Shown piece by piece: positions 1 to 16,463 of a stretch of 64,000 bases of DNA. Position numbers and translations under genes: made by a program. Position 1 is the first letter of the stretch, and each line of letters opens with the position of its first letter. Source of the stretch: the human T2T-CHM13v2.0 reference genome, Homo sapiens; assembly GCF_009914755.1 (NCBI RefSeq), contig NC_060928.1, one strand, 5' to 3'. Under the pieces are notes generated by a model that was not told the origin of the DNA, did no database searches, and saw only the letters and a list, made by a program, of their open reading frames with translations.

Positions 1-3156
<3,156 letters not shown>

Positions 3157-3160
<4 letters not shown>

Positions 3161-4210
3161 TAGATTCTGGATATTTGATCTTTGTTGGATGCATAGTTTG
3201 CAAATATTTTCTTCCATTCTGTAGTTTGTCTGTTTACTCTGTTGATAGTTTTTTTGCTGTGCAGTTGCAATTGCTGTTGGTGCCTTTGTCATGAAATCTT
3301 TGCCAGGGCCTATATCCAGGATGATACTTACTGGGATATCTTCCAGGGTTTTTATAGTTTTAGGTTTTACACTTAAGTCTTTAATTCACCTTGAGTTGAT
3401 TTTTGTATATGGTATAAGGAGGAAGTCCAGCTTCAATCTTCTGTATATGGCTAGCTAGTTATGCCAGTACCATTTATTGAATAGGGAGTCCTTTCCCCAT
3501 TGCTTGTTTTTGTCAACTTTGTTGAAGATCAGATGGTTGTAGATGTATAGCTTTATTTCTAGGCTCTCTATTCTGTTCCATTGCTCTATGGTCTGTTTTT
3601 GTACTAGTACCTTGCTGTTTTGGTTATTGTAGCCTTGTAGTATGGTTTAAAGTCTGGTAACATGATGCTCCAACTTTGTTCTTTTTGCTTAGAATTTCCT
3701 TGGCCATTTGGGCTTTTTTGAGGTTTCATATGAATTTTGAAATACTTTTTTCTAATTTTATGAAGAATGTCATTGGTAGTTTGACAGGAATAGCATTGAA
3801 TCTGTAAATTGCTTTGGACAGTATGGCCATTTTAACAATATTTATTCTTCCTCTCCATGAGCATGGAATGTTTTTCCATTTGTTTGTGTCATCTCTGATT
3901 TCTCTGAGAAATTTACAATGATGATTTTGGACTTCTCATTGTAGAGATGTTTCACCTTCCTGGTTAGCTGTATTCCTAGGTATTTTTCTTTTTGTGGCTA
4001 TTGTGAATGGCATTGTATTCTTGCTTTGGCTTTCAACTTGGATGTTATTGGTGTGTGGAAATGCTACAGTTTTTTATACATTAATTTTGTATCCTAAAAC
4101 TTTGCTGAAGTTGTTTATCAGATTTAGGGGCTTTTGGGCAGAGACTGTGGGATTCTTTGGGTATAGAATCATATTGTGTGCAAACAGAGATAGTTTGACT
4201 TCCTCTCTCC
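3157..4210 (-). mobile_element. LINE-1 ORF2 fragment (older L1PA/L1P-type), antisense
   Basis: Reverse complement reads GAGGAAGTCAAACTATCTCTGTTTG ... ACAACTTCAGCAAAG ... AATATCCAGAATCTATAAGG, which is L1 ORF2 from RT to the C-terminal region. Confidence 0.9.
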
Positions 4211-4218
4211 TTGGATTA

Positions 4219-4614
<396 letters not shown>

Positions 4615-4684
4615 TTAAAAGTGGTTTGTCTCTCATGTTGGTGCTATGAGTGATTTTTATTATCTTTTTGTTTGCTATATATTC

Positions 4685-4982
<298 letters not shown>

Positions 4983-5603
4983 TATATATTCTTTTCTTAC
5001 AATGATTATATATTGTTTTATGATTTAAAAATACTGTTAAAAATAAACAATATGTCTACCGTTTTGATGATCAGCTGCTGCTTTGCTATTTAGGGTCTCA
5101 GCATGAGAGCTGAAATTTTAATATTGATGTTTTAATCAAGGAAGAATAAGCCCATGGCATATATATCCTATAGGATTTGGGATTTACATATTGGACATGT
5201 TTTCCTGCATTTGTTTAGAGATATTTCCTCCTTTTTATTCTAGTAATTTAGATCTCACCTAATGGAATCTAGTACATTAAATAAACAGAAGATTATATAT
5301 ATATATTTTTATATATATATATTTTTTCTTTCTTTCTGTGGCATTTGTTGTAGCTGTTGAAAACAAAAGCACCACAAAGCTTAAAAGCTTAAATACTCAT
5401 ATTCGGTAGCTTTGTAGTCCTGTGGCTGCTTTTAGCATCACCATTTCCAGGGCAATCCTGATATGAATATATATTTGTTTTTGGAGGGAAAGCTGAGAAG
5501 ATTGTGGCACATTTGTGCTCTCATGTAGTTGACCCTTAAGAAAGATAATGTGTCCCACTGCCCTATTTCATATTCACAGACCCTATAGTCAGGAATAGAT
5601 TAC

Positions 5604-5929
5604 ATTTATTTATTTATTAATTATTTGAGATAGAGTCTCACTCTATCACTCAGGCTAGGGTGCAGTGGCACAATCTCAGCTCACTGCATTCTCCATTCCC
5701 CCGGCTCAAGTGATTGATTTTCCCATCTCAGTCACTCTAGTAGCTGGGACCACAGGAGCATACCACCACGTCCAGCTTTTTTTTTTTTTTTTTTTTTTTT
5801 TGTATTTTTGATGGAGATGAAGTCTCACCATGTTGCCCAGGCTGGTTTTGAACTCCTGAGCTCAAGCTGTCTGCCCACTTTGTCCTCCCAAAGTGCTGGG
5901 ATTACAGGTGTGAGCCACTGCCCTTGGCC
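5604..5929 (-). mobile_element. AluJ with expanded middle T-tract
   Basis: Antisense Alu; TSD AGGAATAGATTA at 5591-5602 and 5930-5941. Confidence 0.93.
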
Positions 5930-6404
5930 AGGAATAGATTAATTATAGAGCTGTATTCCAGAATGCTAGATAAAGAGAGCAAGTATGAAAAACATGTTAA
6001 ATATAAACCAAAAGAAACATATAAATATAATATAAATATAAACCAAAAGAAACAATAAAAGCAAATCCTGAAAGCAACAATATATAGCTGGGAATTTTGG
6101 GACCTGGGGATGGGAATGCAAGGTTTAGATTATGTTTAGCGGGAAAAAGGCAGATTCATGTAAACATTTTAGAGTGGTTTTCCTTAGGCTGTTTGAGAAT
6201 GAGCAAATCTTTCTAATGTAAAAACATACTTCAGAATGCTACAAGATTCTGCCTCTAATTCTGTTATCTCTTAACTGAGAAAATAATATTGATAGAAAGT
6301 TACTTAAACTCTAATTATGCTTTTAAATAAATCCATATTTTGCTAAATATGACATTATCTATATGCCATCTATATTTATTCGAAGAGTGGGAATTAGTCT
6401 AATG

Positions 6405-6607
6405 TAGATTTCCCCAAACTATCTATGGCCCATGAACCAAATTTGGCCAGTCACCTGTTTTTTTATGGCCCACTAGCTAAGAATAGTTTTTAGATTTTTA
6501 AATAGTTGGGAAAAAAAGACAAGGAATAGGCATATTGAATGTATGTATCTTGCAAAACTTAAAATATTTACTCTCTGGCCTCTTATAGGAAAAGTTTATC
6601 AGCTTGT
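6405..6607 (+). mobile_element. hAT-Charlie non-autonomous DNA transposon (MER58-like)
   Basis: TATGGCCC..CCAAATTTGGCC..CCTGTTTTT and AAAATATTTACTCTCTGGCC..GAAAAGTTT motifs typical of the MER58 family. Confidence 0.65.
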
Positions 6608-6616
6608 AGTCTAAAG

Positions 6617-7323
6617 CAGTTGTCACAACCAGGGGTGATTTTTGCCTCCAGAGGATATTTAGCAATGTGTTATTTTTGATTGTCACAACTTGTGTGTGTG
6701 TGTGTGCACATGCACACACATGCTAGTGGCAATCAGTAGGTAGAAGCCAGAGATGCTGCTGACCATGCACAGAAAGGCCCCCAGCAACAAAGAATTATCT
6801 GAGCCAAAATGTTGACAAGCATTGTCCTTGACCATGCTTTGTTTAGGCTCCTCTGAGCCCTCTTCTCGACTCAGCCATGACTTGTGGCCCCATCCTGTCT
6901 TTAGTCTGTCTAGCTAAGTTTTAGCGAGAATTCTGCTAAATCGGTTTGGTGAGAATCCTCCAACTGTTGATACCTGATCAGATTTGATATCAGATCAAAT
7001 TCTGCATCCCCCAAAGTTGATATCTGATCACTCTGGCCTGCTTTCAGCAAGAATCCTGTTTGTCAGATTATCAAGAATCCCCCTACCCTCAATGTCTCCT
7101 CTTAGTAATATTCCATCCACTGACCCCCTCTCTCTGCTCATTGGCTGTAATTCCCATCTGTGTTTTTTGTATTCAGAGTTGAGTCCCTGATCTCTCTGAT
7201 CTATTGTGGTAATCTTGATACCTGTTGCAGTAGTCCTAAATAAAATCTTTCTTACTGTTTTAACAATTGTCAGACTAATTGTTTCTTTAAGAATGTCATT
7301 AGTGCAGAGATTGAGGAACCCTG
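6617..7323 (+). mobile_element. MER20 (hAT-Charlie), split by an LTR insertion; contains a short (TG)n
   Basis: AACCAGGGGTGATTTTTGCC..CAACAAAGAATTATCTG..CCAAAATGT, resuming after the LTR as ATGTCATTAGTGCAGAGATTGAGGAACCCTG. Confidence 0.8.
6813..7292 (+). mobile_element. ERV1 solo LTR (MER31-like) nested in MER20
   Basis: Starts TGACAA..CCTTGACCA..AGGCTCCTCTGAGCCCTCTTCTCGACT; AATAAA near 7240; 4-bp TSD ATGT at 6809-6812 and 7293-7296. Confidence 0.75.
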
Positions 7324-7601
7324 GGCTAAAGTAATGTTTGGTACCCGTATGAATTCAGGGACTACCTCTACAAATGACTGCAACAACTTTCTTCCCTTCT
7401 GGGGTTCCAGTGTTAGGGAAGGGGAACTGACCAACACAAACATGTAATAGGGAACAGTTGTCTTAAGGCCTTGGAAGAGGCGAGTTGTAAAGATATTTTA
7501 CCCCAACATCTCCAGGGTAAGGGAGGGCGGTTTGGATAGGGGTAGCTGTGCTGTGTTTGGCCCTCACTCTACTCCCTGGGTATCCTTAAAAATGAAATTT
7601 G

Positions 7602-7898
7602 GGCCAGGCACAGTGTCTCACGCCTGTAATCCTAGCACTTTGGGAGGCCGAGGTGGGCGGATCACGAGGTCAGGAGATCGAGACCATCCTGGCTAACACG
7701 GTGAAACCCCATCTCTACTAAAAATACAAAAAATTAGCCGCGCATGGTGGTGGGTGCCTGTAGTCCCAGCTACTCGGGAGGCTGAGGCAGGAGAATGGCA
7801 TGAACCCAGGAGGCAGAGCTTGGCAGTGAGCCGAGATCACGCCACTGCCCTCCAGCCTGGGCGACAGAGTGAGACTCCGTCTCAAAAAAGAAAAAAAA
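7602..7898 (+). mobile_element. AluY-like
   Basis: AluY-type diagnostics: GGATCACGAGGTCAGGAGATCGAGACCATCCTGGCTAACACGG, GAGAATGGCATGAACC, GAGCTTG. Confidence 0.93.
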
Positions 7899-8659
7899 TA
7901 TATGAAATATGGTTGATTCTCTGTCTAGGGGGATTTCATCATCAACCTCCCTTCCTCCTTATTGTTTTTCTGCCTGTTGGTATCTTCATTAAAAGATGAA
8001 GGCTTGCAGTCTTCAATTTAAGGTAAAACACAGAAAGGCAAATGTATGAGCTTGTTAAGACAGATTTAAACAGTTATTAAGCAATGAATAGAAGTGATTA
8101 TATCTGCCCTGGTTCTCATTTAGAGGTGTGGTTGAAGAGAACAAGAGAGCACATGGAGTCTGAAAATGTGTATCTATATTTTGGGCTAGAAATTAGGGAG
8201 GTTAGAGATCTTCATTAGTGGGTGAGAGTCAAGAGAAAGCTAGAGACAATGGAAGAATTTCAAAGCTGTGACTTGACTCACCCTTCTTATATACCTGAGT
8301 CCCAGAACCTCTTTTTTTTGCCTACTTGTTTCCTAAAAATTGGAGCTCTGAAGTCTGTTCTGTCTATGTGACTTTGAAATTAACTAAAGCTTTCTTCTCT
8401 GGGCTAAAAACTAGATCCTGTGGCCTACCTATTGGTCTTAATTTCTCTTATTTTTACGTGAAGCCAGATCTGCCCAGTACAAGTTCAGCCTGGTGATCTG
8501 AACTACTCTATCTGATGATTCCAGTTGTTGTACATCTTGAACTTTCCTTGACCATGTTATTCCTGACCAGATTCTGAAATATGATTTCGTGAAATAAGCA
8601 TAGTTACACACTGGCTACAAAGTCCTTGTGCATGCCAGTTGAACTTATGTCTGCATCCT

Positions 8660-9030
8660 TGTATTAGTCCATTCTCATGCTGCTAATAAAGACATACCTG
8701 AGACTGGGTAATTTTTAAAGGAAGAGGTTTAATTAACTTAGAGTTCAGCGTGGCTGGGGAGGCCTCAGGAAACTTACAATCGTCGTGGAAGGGGAAGCAA
8801 ACACATCCTTCTTCACATGATGGCAGGAAGGAGAAGTGCAAAAGGGGCAAAAGCCTTTTATAAAACCATCAGATATCATGAGAACTCACTCACTATCATG
8901 AGAACAGCATGAGAGTAACCGCCTCCCGTGATGAAATTACCTTTCACCAGGTCCCTCCCATGAAATGTGGAGATTATGGGAACTACAATTCAAGATAAGA
9001 TTTGGGTGGTGACACAGCCAAACCATATGA
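8660..9030 (-). mobile_element. MaLR solo LTR (THE1D-like)
   Basis: TGTATTAGTCCATTCTCATGCTGCTAATAAAGACATACCTGAGACTGGG ... GACACAGCCAAACCATAT termini. Confidence 0.9.
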
Positions 9031-9526
9031 GTCCCCCTCCATTCTCCACATAGATTCTACTTTTTTCTCATTTTCTTTTGGAAGTCTTTCATTTTAATAA
9101 TTGGAAGTCATTAGAGCAGACCCTGCTACTGTTTATAGGTCTTTGACTATTGTCAGGTAGAATATTTGCATATGGATATTATGGCCACTATCAGGCCTGT
9201 ATTAGAGACTGTTTTGATGACATGTAATTGACAATATAGAAAATGTTCAGAGGACATGGGGAAATTTTAAAATTTGGGTGGTAAAGGAAGGAGGTTTGTA
9301 CTTAGCAGAATAGGGGACTTTATGGCCACTCTTTAATTTTCTAGGCCTCAAAAAGACCATTTAGGTGTCCTGGCAACTCAATAAAAGAAGGCAACTATCT
9401 GTTAAATAACTAGGTAGAATCTACTAATTTACTATTTGTTATTAATTTCATAGATAAAGAGAATTCTCTTTTTTATTCTTCGATTGTATGGAGGTCAGCC
9501 ATTCTCAAAAAAAAAAAAAAAAAAAG

Positions 9527-9750
9527 ACTTTGGACAGCCTGCCTGGGTTTGAATCCTGACCCCTGCCCCATGTCACTTGGGGCAACTTACTTATCTTCTG
9601 CCTGCCTCAGTTTCTTCAGTGATAAAGTTGGGAAAATAATAGTCTACATACCTCATAGGGTTGTTGTGAGGACTATATTTATTTATGTGTCAAGTAATTT
9701 AAGCAGTGCAGGCCACATTGTAACTGCTATTGAAGCCTAAGGTACTATTA
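9527..9750 (+). mobile_element. MIR SINE
   Basis: CTGGGTTTGAATCCTG, GCCTCAGTTTC, ACCTCATAGGGTTGTTGTGAGGA core. Confidence 0.85.
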
Positions 9751-10264
9751 ATGGTATTCATTGTGGTCTTAGAGTTAAGGCCCTAATCTAGCCAAAGATA
9801 TTTTTAGATCATTCCAGGAAACATGTTCAGACATTTCCAGGAAAAAAGCCTAATCCTAATTCTTTGAAATACCTTAAATCAGAAAGATACATGAAATTGT
9901 TGGAGGTGTTAAATTATATATTTTTCAGATAGGTTACTCACCACGGACACACCAGCATATACTTTTATGTTTAAAGTATTTTTAGCTGACAAAAATTGCC
10001 GATGCACTGAAAAGTACTGCTGTGTTGGTTAAAATGGCACTCGTTTAAATTCAGGTTTCACTGTACGAATATTGATTTTCTGAAAAGCATTGGAGTGAAG
10101 CTCCCTTTCGGATATAGATTGGGCATAGATAACAAAATACTCTGTTTGAATTTTGGTGATATCAGCAGTAATAAAGGCAATATAAACACCCACATTTAGG
10201 TTATTTTATAAAATAAACTTGCCATATATGGAGGGGGCAATTTGGGACATTTGGATCAACAACT

Positions 10265-10912
10265 TTTTGGTTGTGAATCATGCTGCTATGAACATTCACA
10301 AACAAGTATTTGCTTGAGTACCTGTCTTCAGTTCTTTCAGATATTTAGCTAGTCCTGAAATTGCTGGGTTATGTGGTAATTCTATATTTAGCTTTTTGAG
10401 GAACCACCAGACTTTTTCACAATGCCTACACTATTTTAATATTTAATACATTATTTAATAGAAACACCGATGTACAAGTGTTTCTATTTCTCCACATCCT
10501 CACTAACACTTGTTATTTTCTGTTTTCTTTAATTTAAAATTTTAATTTTTAAATTATGGCCATTGTAGTGGATATAAAGTGTTATCTCATGGTTTTCATT
10601 TGTATTTCTTTGATAATCAAAGAAATTTTTTTGTTTTCTGTTTTCTTTAATTTAAAATTTTAATTTTTAAATTATGGCCATTGTAGTGGATATAAAGTGT
10701 TATCTCATGGTTTTCATTTGTATTTCTTTGATAATCAAAGATTTTGAACATTTTTTCATGTTTTTTATGTTGGTCATTTGTATATCTACTGTGGGGAAAT
10801 GTCTATTCAAGGTCCTTTGCTTATTTTTTAATTGAATTGTTGGTCATTTTGTTGTTGAGTTGTAAGAGTTTTTTTTTTTTTTTAAATATATTCTGGATAC
10901 TAAACCTTTATT
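10265..10912 (-). mobile_element. Old mammalian L1 (L1M/L1MB-like) ORF2 3' region, antisense
   Basis: GCTGCTATGAACATT, ATTTCTCCACATCCTCACTAACACTTG, AAATGTCTATTCAAG, ATATTCTGGATACTAAACC motifs. Confidence 0.85.
10516..10741. repeat. Perfect 108-bp direct tandem duplication with a 10-bp spacer
   Basis: 10516-10623 and 10634-10741 are identical by eye (TTTTCTGTTTTCTTTAATTT...GATAATCAAAGA). Confidence 0.95.
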
Positions 10913-11745
10913 AGAAAACCTGGTTCTCAACAAAAACTACAAATCCTACAAAGAAACACAAAAGTATGGCCATTCATAGGAAAAACAGAAATGGACAGAA
11001 ACTATCTATGAGAAAGTCCAAATATTAGACTTACTAGACAAAGACTTTAAATTATGTATGCTGAGAGAGCTGAAAGAAACCATGGATAAAGAACTAAAGG
11101 GGCCAGGCACAATGGCTCATGCCTGTAATCCCAGCACTTTGGTAGGTCAATGTGGGAGAATCACTTGAGCCCAGGAATTTGAGACCAGTCTGGGCAACAT
11201 AGGGAGAATCTGTCTCTACAAAAGAAAAAAAAAAAAAAAAAAGAAAAGAAAAAATTAGCCAGGTAGTCTCAACTGCTAGTGAGGCTGAGGTGGGAGGATT
11301 GCTTGAGCCTAGAAGATCAAGGCTGCAGTGAGCTGTGATCGTACCACTGTGCTCTAGCCTGAGTGATAGAACAAGACCCCATCTCAAAAAACAAACAAAC
11401 AAACAAACAAACAAACTAAAGGAAATCAGGAGAACAATTCATGACCAAATAGGTAATATCAGTTTAAAAAAATAGAAATTATAAAGTGAAACCATGTAGA
11501 AATTCAGGAGCTGAAAGATACAAGAACTGAAGTGAAAAATTCAGTAGAGGGGTTCAAAAGAAGATTTGAGCAGGTGGAAGAAAGAATTAGGAAACTTTTA
11601 GATAGGGCAACAGGAATCACCCAATCTGAGGAGTAGAAAGCAAAAAGAAGGAAGAAAAATGAGCAGAGCCTAAGGGACCTGTGGGATACCATCAAACCTA
11701 AAACATGCATTATGGGAATCCTAAAAGGAGAAGAGAAAGGGGCAA
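10913..11745 (+). mobile_element. Old L1M 5'/ORF1 fragment, interrupted by AluJ
   Basis: GACTTACTAGACAAAGACTTTAAA, AGATTTGAGCAGG..GAAGAAAGAAT, AATGAGCAGAGCCTAAGGGACCTGTGGGATACCATCAA are typical of L1M ORF1. Confidence 0.8.
11102..11413 (+). mobile_element. AluJ with (AAAC)n tail
   Basis: Alu dimer; AACTAAAGG duplicated on both sides. Confidence 0.93.
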
Positions 11746-12116
11746 TGTGCTAGACATTGAGTACAGAAGGAGAGTTTCATTTGAGGCCATTCAGTTTATT
11801 ATTAATATTCTTGAACAATATACAATTTTGTGTTCAATTCATAGCAGGCAAGGACAACTAAAAACACTCTACTGGCTGCAGACCAGAGAATGCTAGAGAG
11901 GTGTCATTTCTCTGTCTTCACGCAGTCCTTACATTGTTGGTGTTGGCCCATATTTTCAATACAGGTAAAGAAATTTAATGACCGTTATACTGAAACATCT
12001 GGTTTACTACATTAACTTCATATTCTTCTTCTGAAATTGGAATGGGCCCATTATGTTTCTCCACATTTGCGCCTTATTTGTCTTTGAGGAAACAAATAAA
12101 AGTTTCACCAAAATTC

Positions 12117-12737
12117 TGTAACCAAATTACAGGTTCAGTTGCTCACCACTTGCGGAGTCTAATTAACAAGAGAGAGGTCTAGTATAAAGAAAGTGACTTT
12201 TTATTCCAAAGGTAGGTTAGGGGAAGAAGTACTCCTACCTTATGGATACTGCTTTGCTTTGGGAGCACAAAGCAGGGGCTTTTAAAGGGAGAACTTGGCA
12301 TGAATGGCATACAGGGGAGGGAGTGAACAGGTGAGGGTCCATGTGACTCACTTTGGTACCTTATCTACCAGATGGTTGAGCTGGCGCCATCATGGGCAGA
12401 ACTAGTTTTTAAAGTGGTCTTTGTCTCAGGATATTCTCCATGTAGGAAAGAGTTTTGTAGTGGGCATACTTTAGGTTGTAAATTGACTGTCATCTCTTGA
12501 GGCAATCTCCTGGTGGGAGAGGTTTTTGGCTCTGGAGCTTCCAAGCACACAGTTAGATAAGCTTGATCTGTAGACAGTGTCTGGTGAAGGGAAGATAGAG
12601 GTTCTAATTGCATTTCTAAAGAGCCAAGTAGAAAGTAGGGAACAGGGGGAAAGGAGGAAAGAGAAAAGAAGAGAAAAAAATTAAAAAAAACCCAACTCAT
12701 TCTCTTTCTCTTAGAAAAATGGGAATACTTGGTTACA
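12117..12737 (-). mobile_element. ERV1-class solo LTR (subfamily uncertain, MER34/MER39-like)
   Basis: Inverted termini TGTAACCA...TGGTTACA; TTTATT (minus-strand AATAAA) near 12200; near-TSD ATTC/ATCC. Confidence 0.75.
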
Positions 12738-13524
12738 ATCCCACAAATGAAAAAAATGCTGAATTCTTCTGGCATGCTTATTCCTTTCAGGTTCCATTTA
12801 GTTCATTGCTTCTCCCCAAGTATATTAGGACATACTAGGTTCCAAAGGCCTACTTTATTGTAACAACACCAGACTTTCTCTATAGCATAGACTCCCTGTG
12901 GGCAGATCTTAACCTCAAATCCTTTGTTCTTAGATCCTCTTTCAATTCTGTTCCCATCCTTAGGAATCAGAATTCCACTCAGATTTACTTTGAATGCAAA
13001 ACAATAGGAATGTCCCCTGGGTGCATGAATCCTAACTGCACAAAACCTAAAGGTAAATGTTCTCCAACTTGTTATATGGTCATATTTGTACAAACAATAG
13101 CCCAAAGAGAAAACTTCCTTACCAAATTAGCCTTACCAACAGTAACTCGAGATCAACTATTCTAAACCTATTCCCTTTAGTCTGGTGATTCTCCTCAATT
13201 ACCTTTTAAAATATATATCTCCCTACATTTAACTGGAATAGCATCTCTCAGGGAAAATGTTTGCAACTCACTTATCCTCAAACATTTATCAGAAACAAGC
13301 TACAATGCCTGTACAGTTGGCTACTGATCATTTCCACACTGAGATTTTTTTTCCTCTGGCTGTGATTTAGTAATACCAGCTTTGGAAAAATTCTAGGTTA
13401 GACTTAACATGAGTATCTCCTTCAGCATGGAACACTGGGCCCTCAGTGGTTTATTAAGCCAGTTATTTAAGTGAATAGAAAAGAAAATCAGGACTGTATC
13501 CCCAGATACTTCCTCAGCCAGTAT

Positions 13525-14400
<876 letters not shown>

Positions 14401-14751
14401 TACATGAAATAAGAAAGGAGTCCCCAAATGGAAGGGGCTGCTATTACCAAATGGCAATGAGGGAAAAACATTCAGGACACCCATAATCATTACCTATTAC
14501 AGTCTATCATCGACCCCTTCCATGCAAAGGTGAAGTGGCCATTTATTCCAGTGTCATTGCTAGACTTCTTAACATTTTTCAGAAGGGGACAGCAATCTGC
14601 CACTCAGATGACCACTGTGAAGCATATGAATATATTCTTGATCGGTAATTTTGAATAATTGAATGCTGAATGTTCACAAAAAGAGAAAAATCTTTAATTC
14701 TCTGCTGTTGAGTCTTTATCAAAAGCTTAGTTTTAATAAATAACATTCAAG

Positions 14752-14852
14752 TGGGCATGGTGTGAGCCTGTAGTCCCACCTACTCAGGTGGCTGAGAAGA
14801 AAGGATCACTTGATACCAGGAGTTCAAGACCAGCCTTGGCAACATAGTGAAA
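14752..14852 (+). mobile_element. Alu monomer (FLAM-like)
   Basis: GGGCATGGTG..CCTGTAGTCCCA..GGATCACTTGA..AGGAGTTCAAGACCAGCC. Confidence 0.75.
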
Positions 14853-14980
14853 ATTTTTTAAAAATTGAAGGAAGATTACACAAAAGATTTTCTGTCCATC
14901 TATAACTACTGGTTACTTTCCAACAGCCAGTTTACCCTTCTTTTTTTGTTGAATGATATTGTGGGAAATTGGATAAAGGA

Positions 14981-15258
14981 ATTTTTTTCTTGAGATAGGG
15001 TCTTGCTCTGTCACCCAAGCTGGAGTACAGTGACATGATCAGGGCTCACTGGAACTTCGAACTCCTGAGCTCAAGTGATCCTCCCACCTCAGCCTCCTGA
15101 GTAGCTGAGTCTACAGCACATGCCACCATGCATGGCTAATTTTTTCATTTTTGTAGAGGTGGGTGTCTCACTGCGTTGCCCAGGCTGGCCTCTAACATTC
15201 CCCCTGTCTTGGCCTCTCCAAGTGCTAGTATTACAGGTGTGAGCCACTGTGCCTGGCC
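14981..15258 (-). mobile_element. AluJ
   Basis: Antisense Alu with J-type CTCAAGTGATCCTCCCACCTCAG. Confidence 0.9.
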
Positions 15259-15428
15259 TAAATGGGGGAATGAAATTGACCTCGGTGGTGAGTAGGAAGA
15301 GAAGGGCCATTTTTGGAACAGGATAGTTAATAAAATATTTACAATGACTGCAAGGCTACACTGAGTTTTCTATGAACTTTGTTAAGGAAGTATTTTCACT
15401 AAATAAAAAGAAGTATATTGCAGTATAT

Positions 15429-15856
15429 TGTCTTAGTCTATTTATGTTGCTATAAAGAAATACCTGAGGCCGAGTTATTTATAAAGAAATGAGGTTGGTT
15501 TGGCTCATGGTTCTGTAGGCTGTAAAATAAGCATGGCACCAGCATCTGCTTCTGGTGAGGGCCTTGGGAAACCTCTACTCATTGTGGAAGGTGAAGAGAA
15601 GCTGCTGTATGTGGAGGTCACATGGTAAGAGAGCAGAAGCAAGAGAGAGAGGGGAGGGAGTACCGGGCTTTTTTTAACAGTCAGTTCTTGTGGGAACTAA
15701 GAGTGAGAAGTTATTCACTCCTAAGAAAATGGCACCAAGCCCTTCATCAAGGATCCACCCTCATGATCCAAGCATCCCCCACCAGGCCGCATCTCCAATA
15801 TTGGGAATCAAATTTCAACATGAGACTTGGAGGGGACACATATCTAAACTATATCA
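15429..15856 (-). mobile_element. MaLR solo LTR (MSTB-like)
   Basis: TGTCTTAGTC..TGTTGCTATAAAGAAATACCTGAGG..AGCATGGCACCAGCATCTGCTTCTGGTGAGGGCC..AAACTATATCA. Confidence 0.88.
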
Positions 15857-16183
15857 CATGCCTTCAAAGAGTGCTGAATTAACATAAAAATATGAAACCA
15901 GTTATGTAATATGGGAAGAGATTTAGAATTGTAATTATTTTTTAAATTTATTTACAAACAACTTTGCTTCCTGGGACAGAGGACAGGTCTTCCCATTTCA
16001 ACAAAAAATAAATCAAATATGACATGCCATTAGCACATAAGGCAAAAATGAGACTTCCATAATCTTGAACACAAGGTACTTGTTTCTAGTTGAGATTTCC
16101 TACCCAGAATGGCACTGCTTCATTAAGTGATTCATTCCACTACCTCTATTTATGCTTTGAAAGCCTTTCCCCTGCCCCCCCAC

Positions 16184-16463
<280 letters not shown>

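Noticed and set aside
9506-9526. Isolated poly-A tract, possibly a processed pseudogene or truncated retro-insertion
   Set aside because: No TSD or recognisable upstream body; it may be a simple mononucleotide run.
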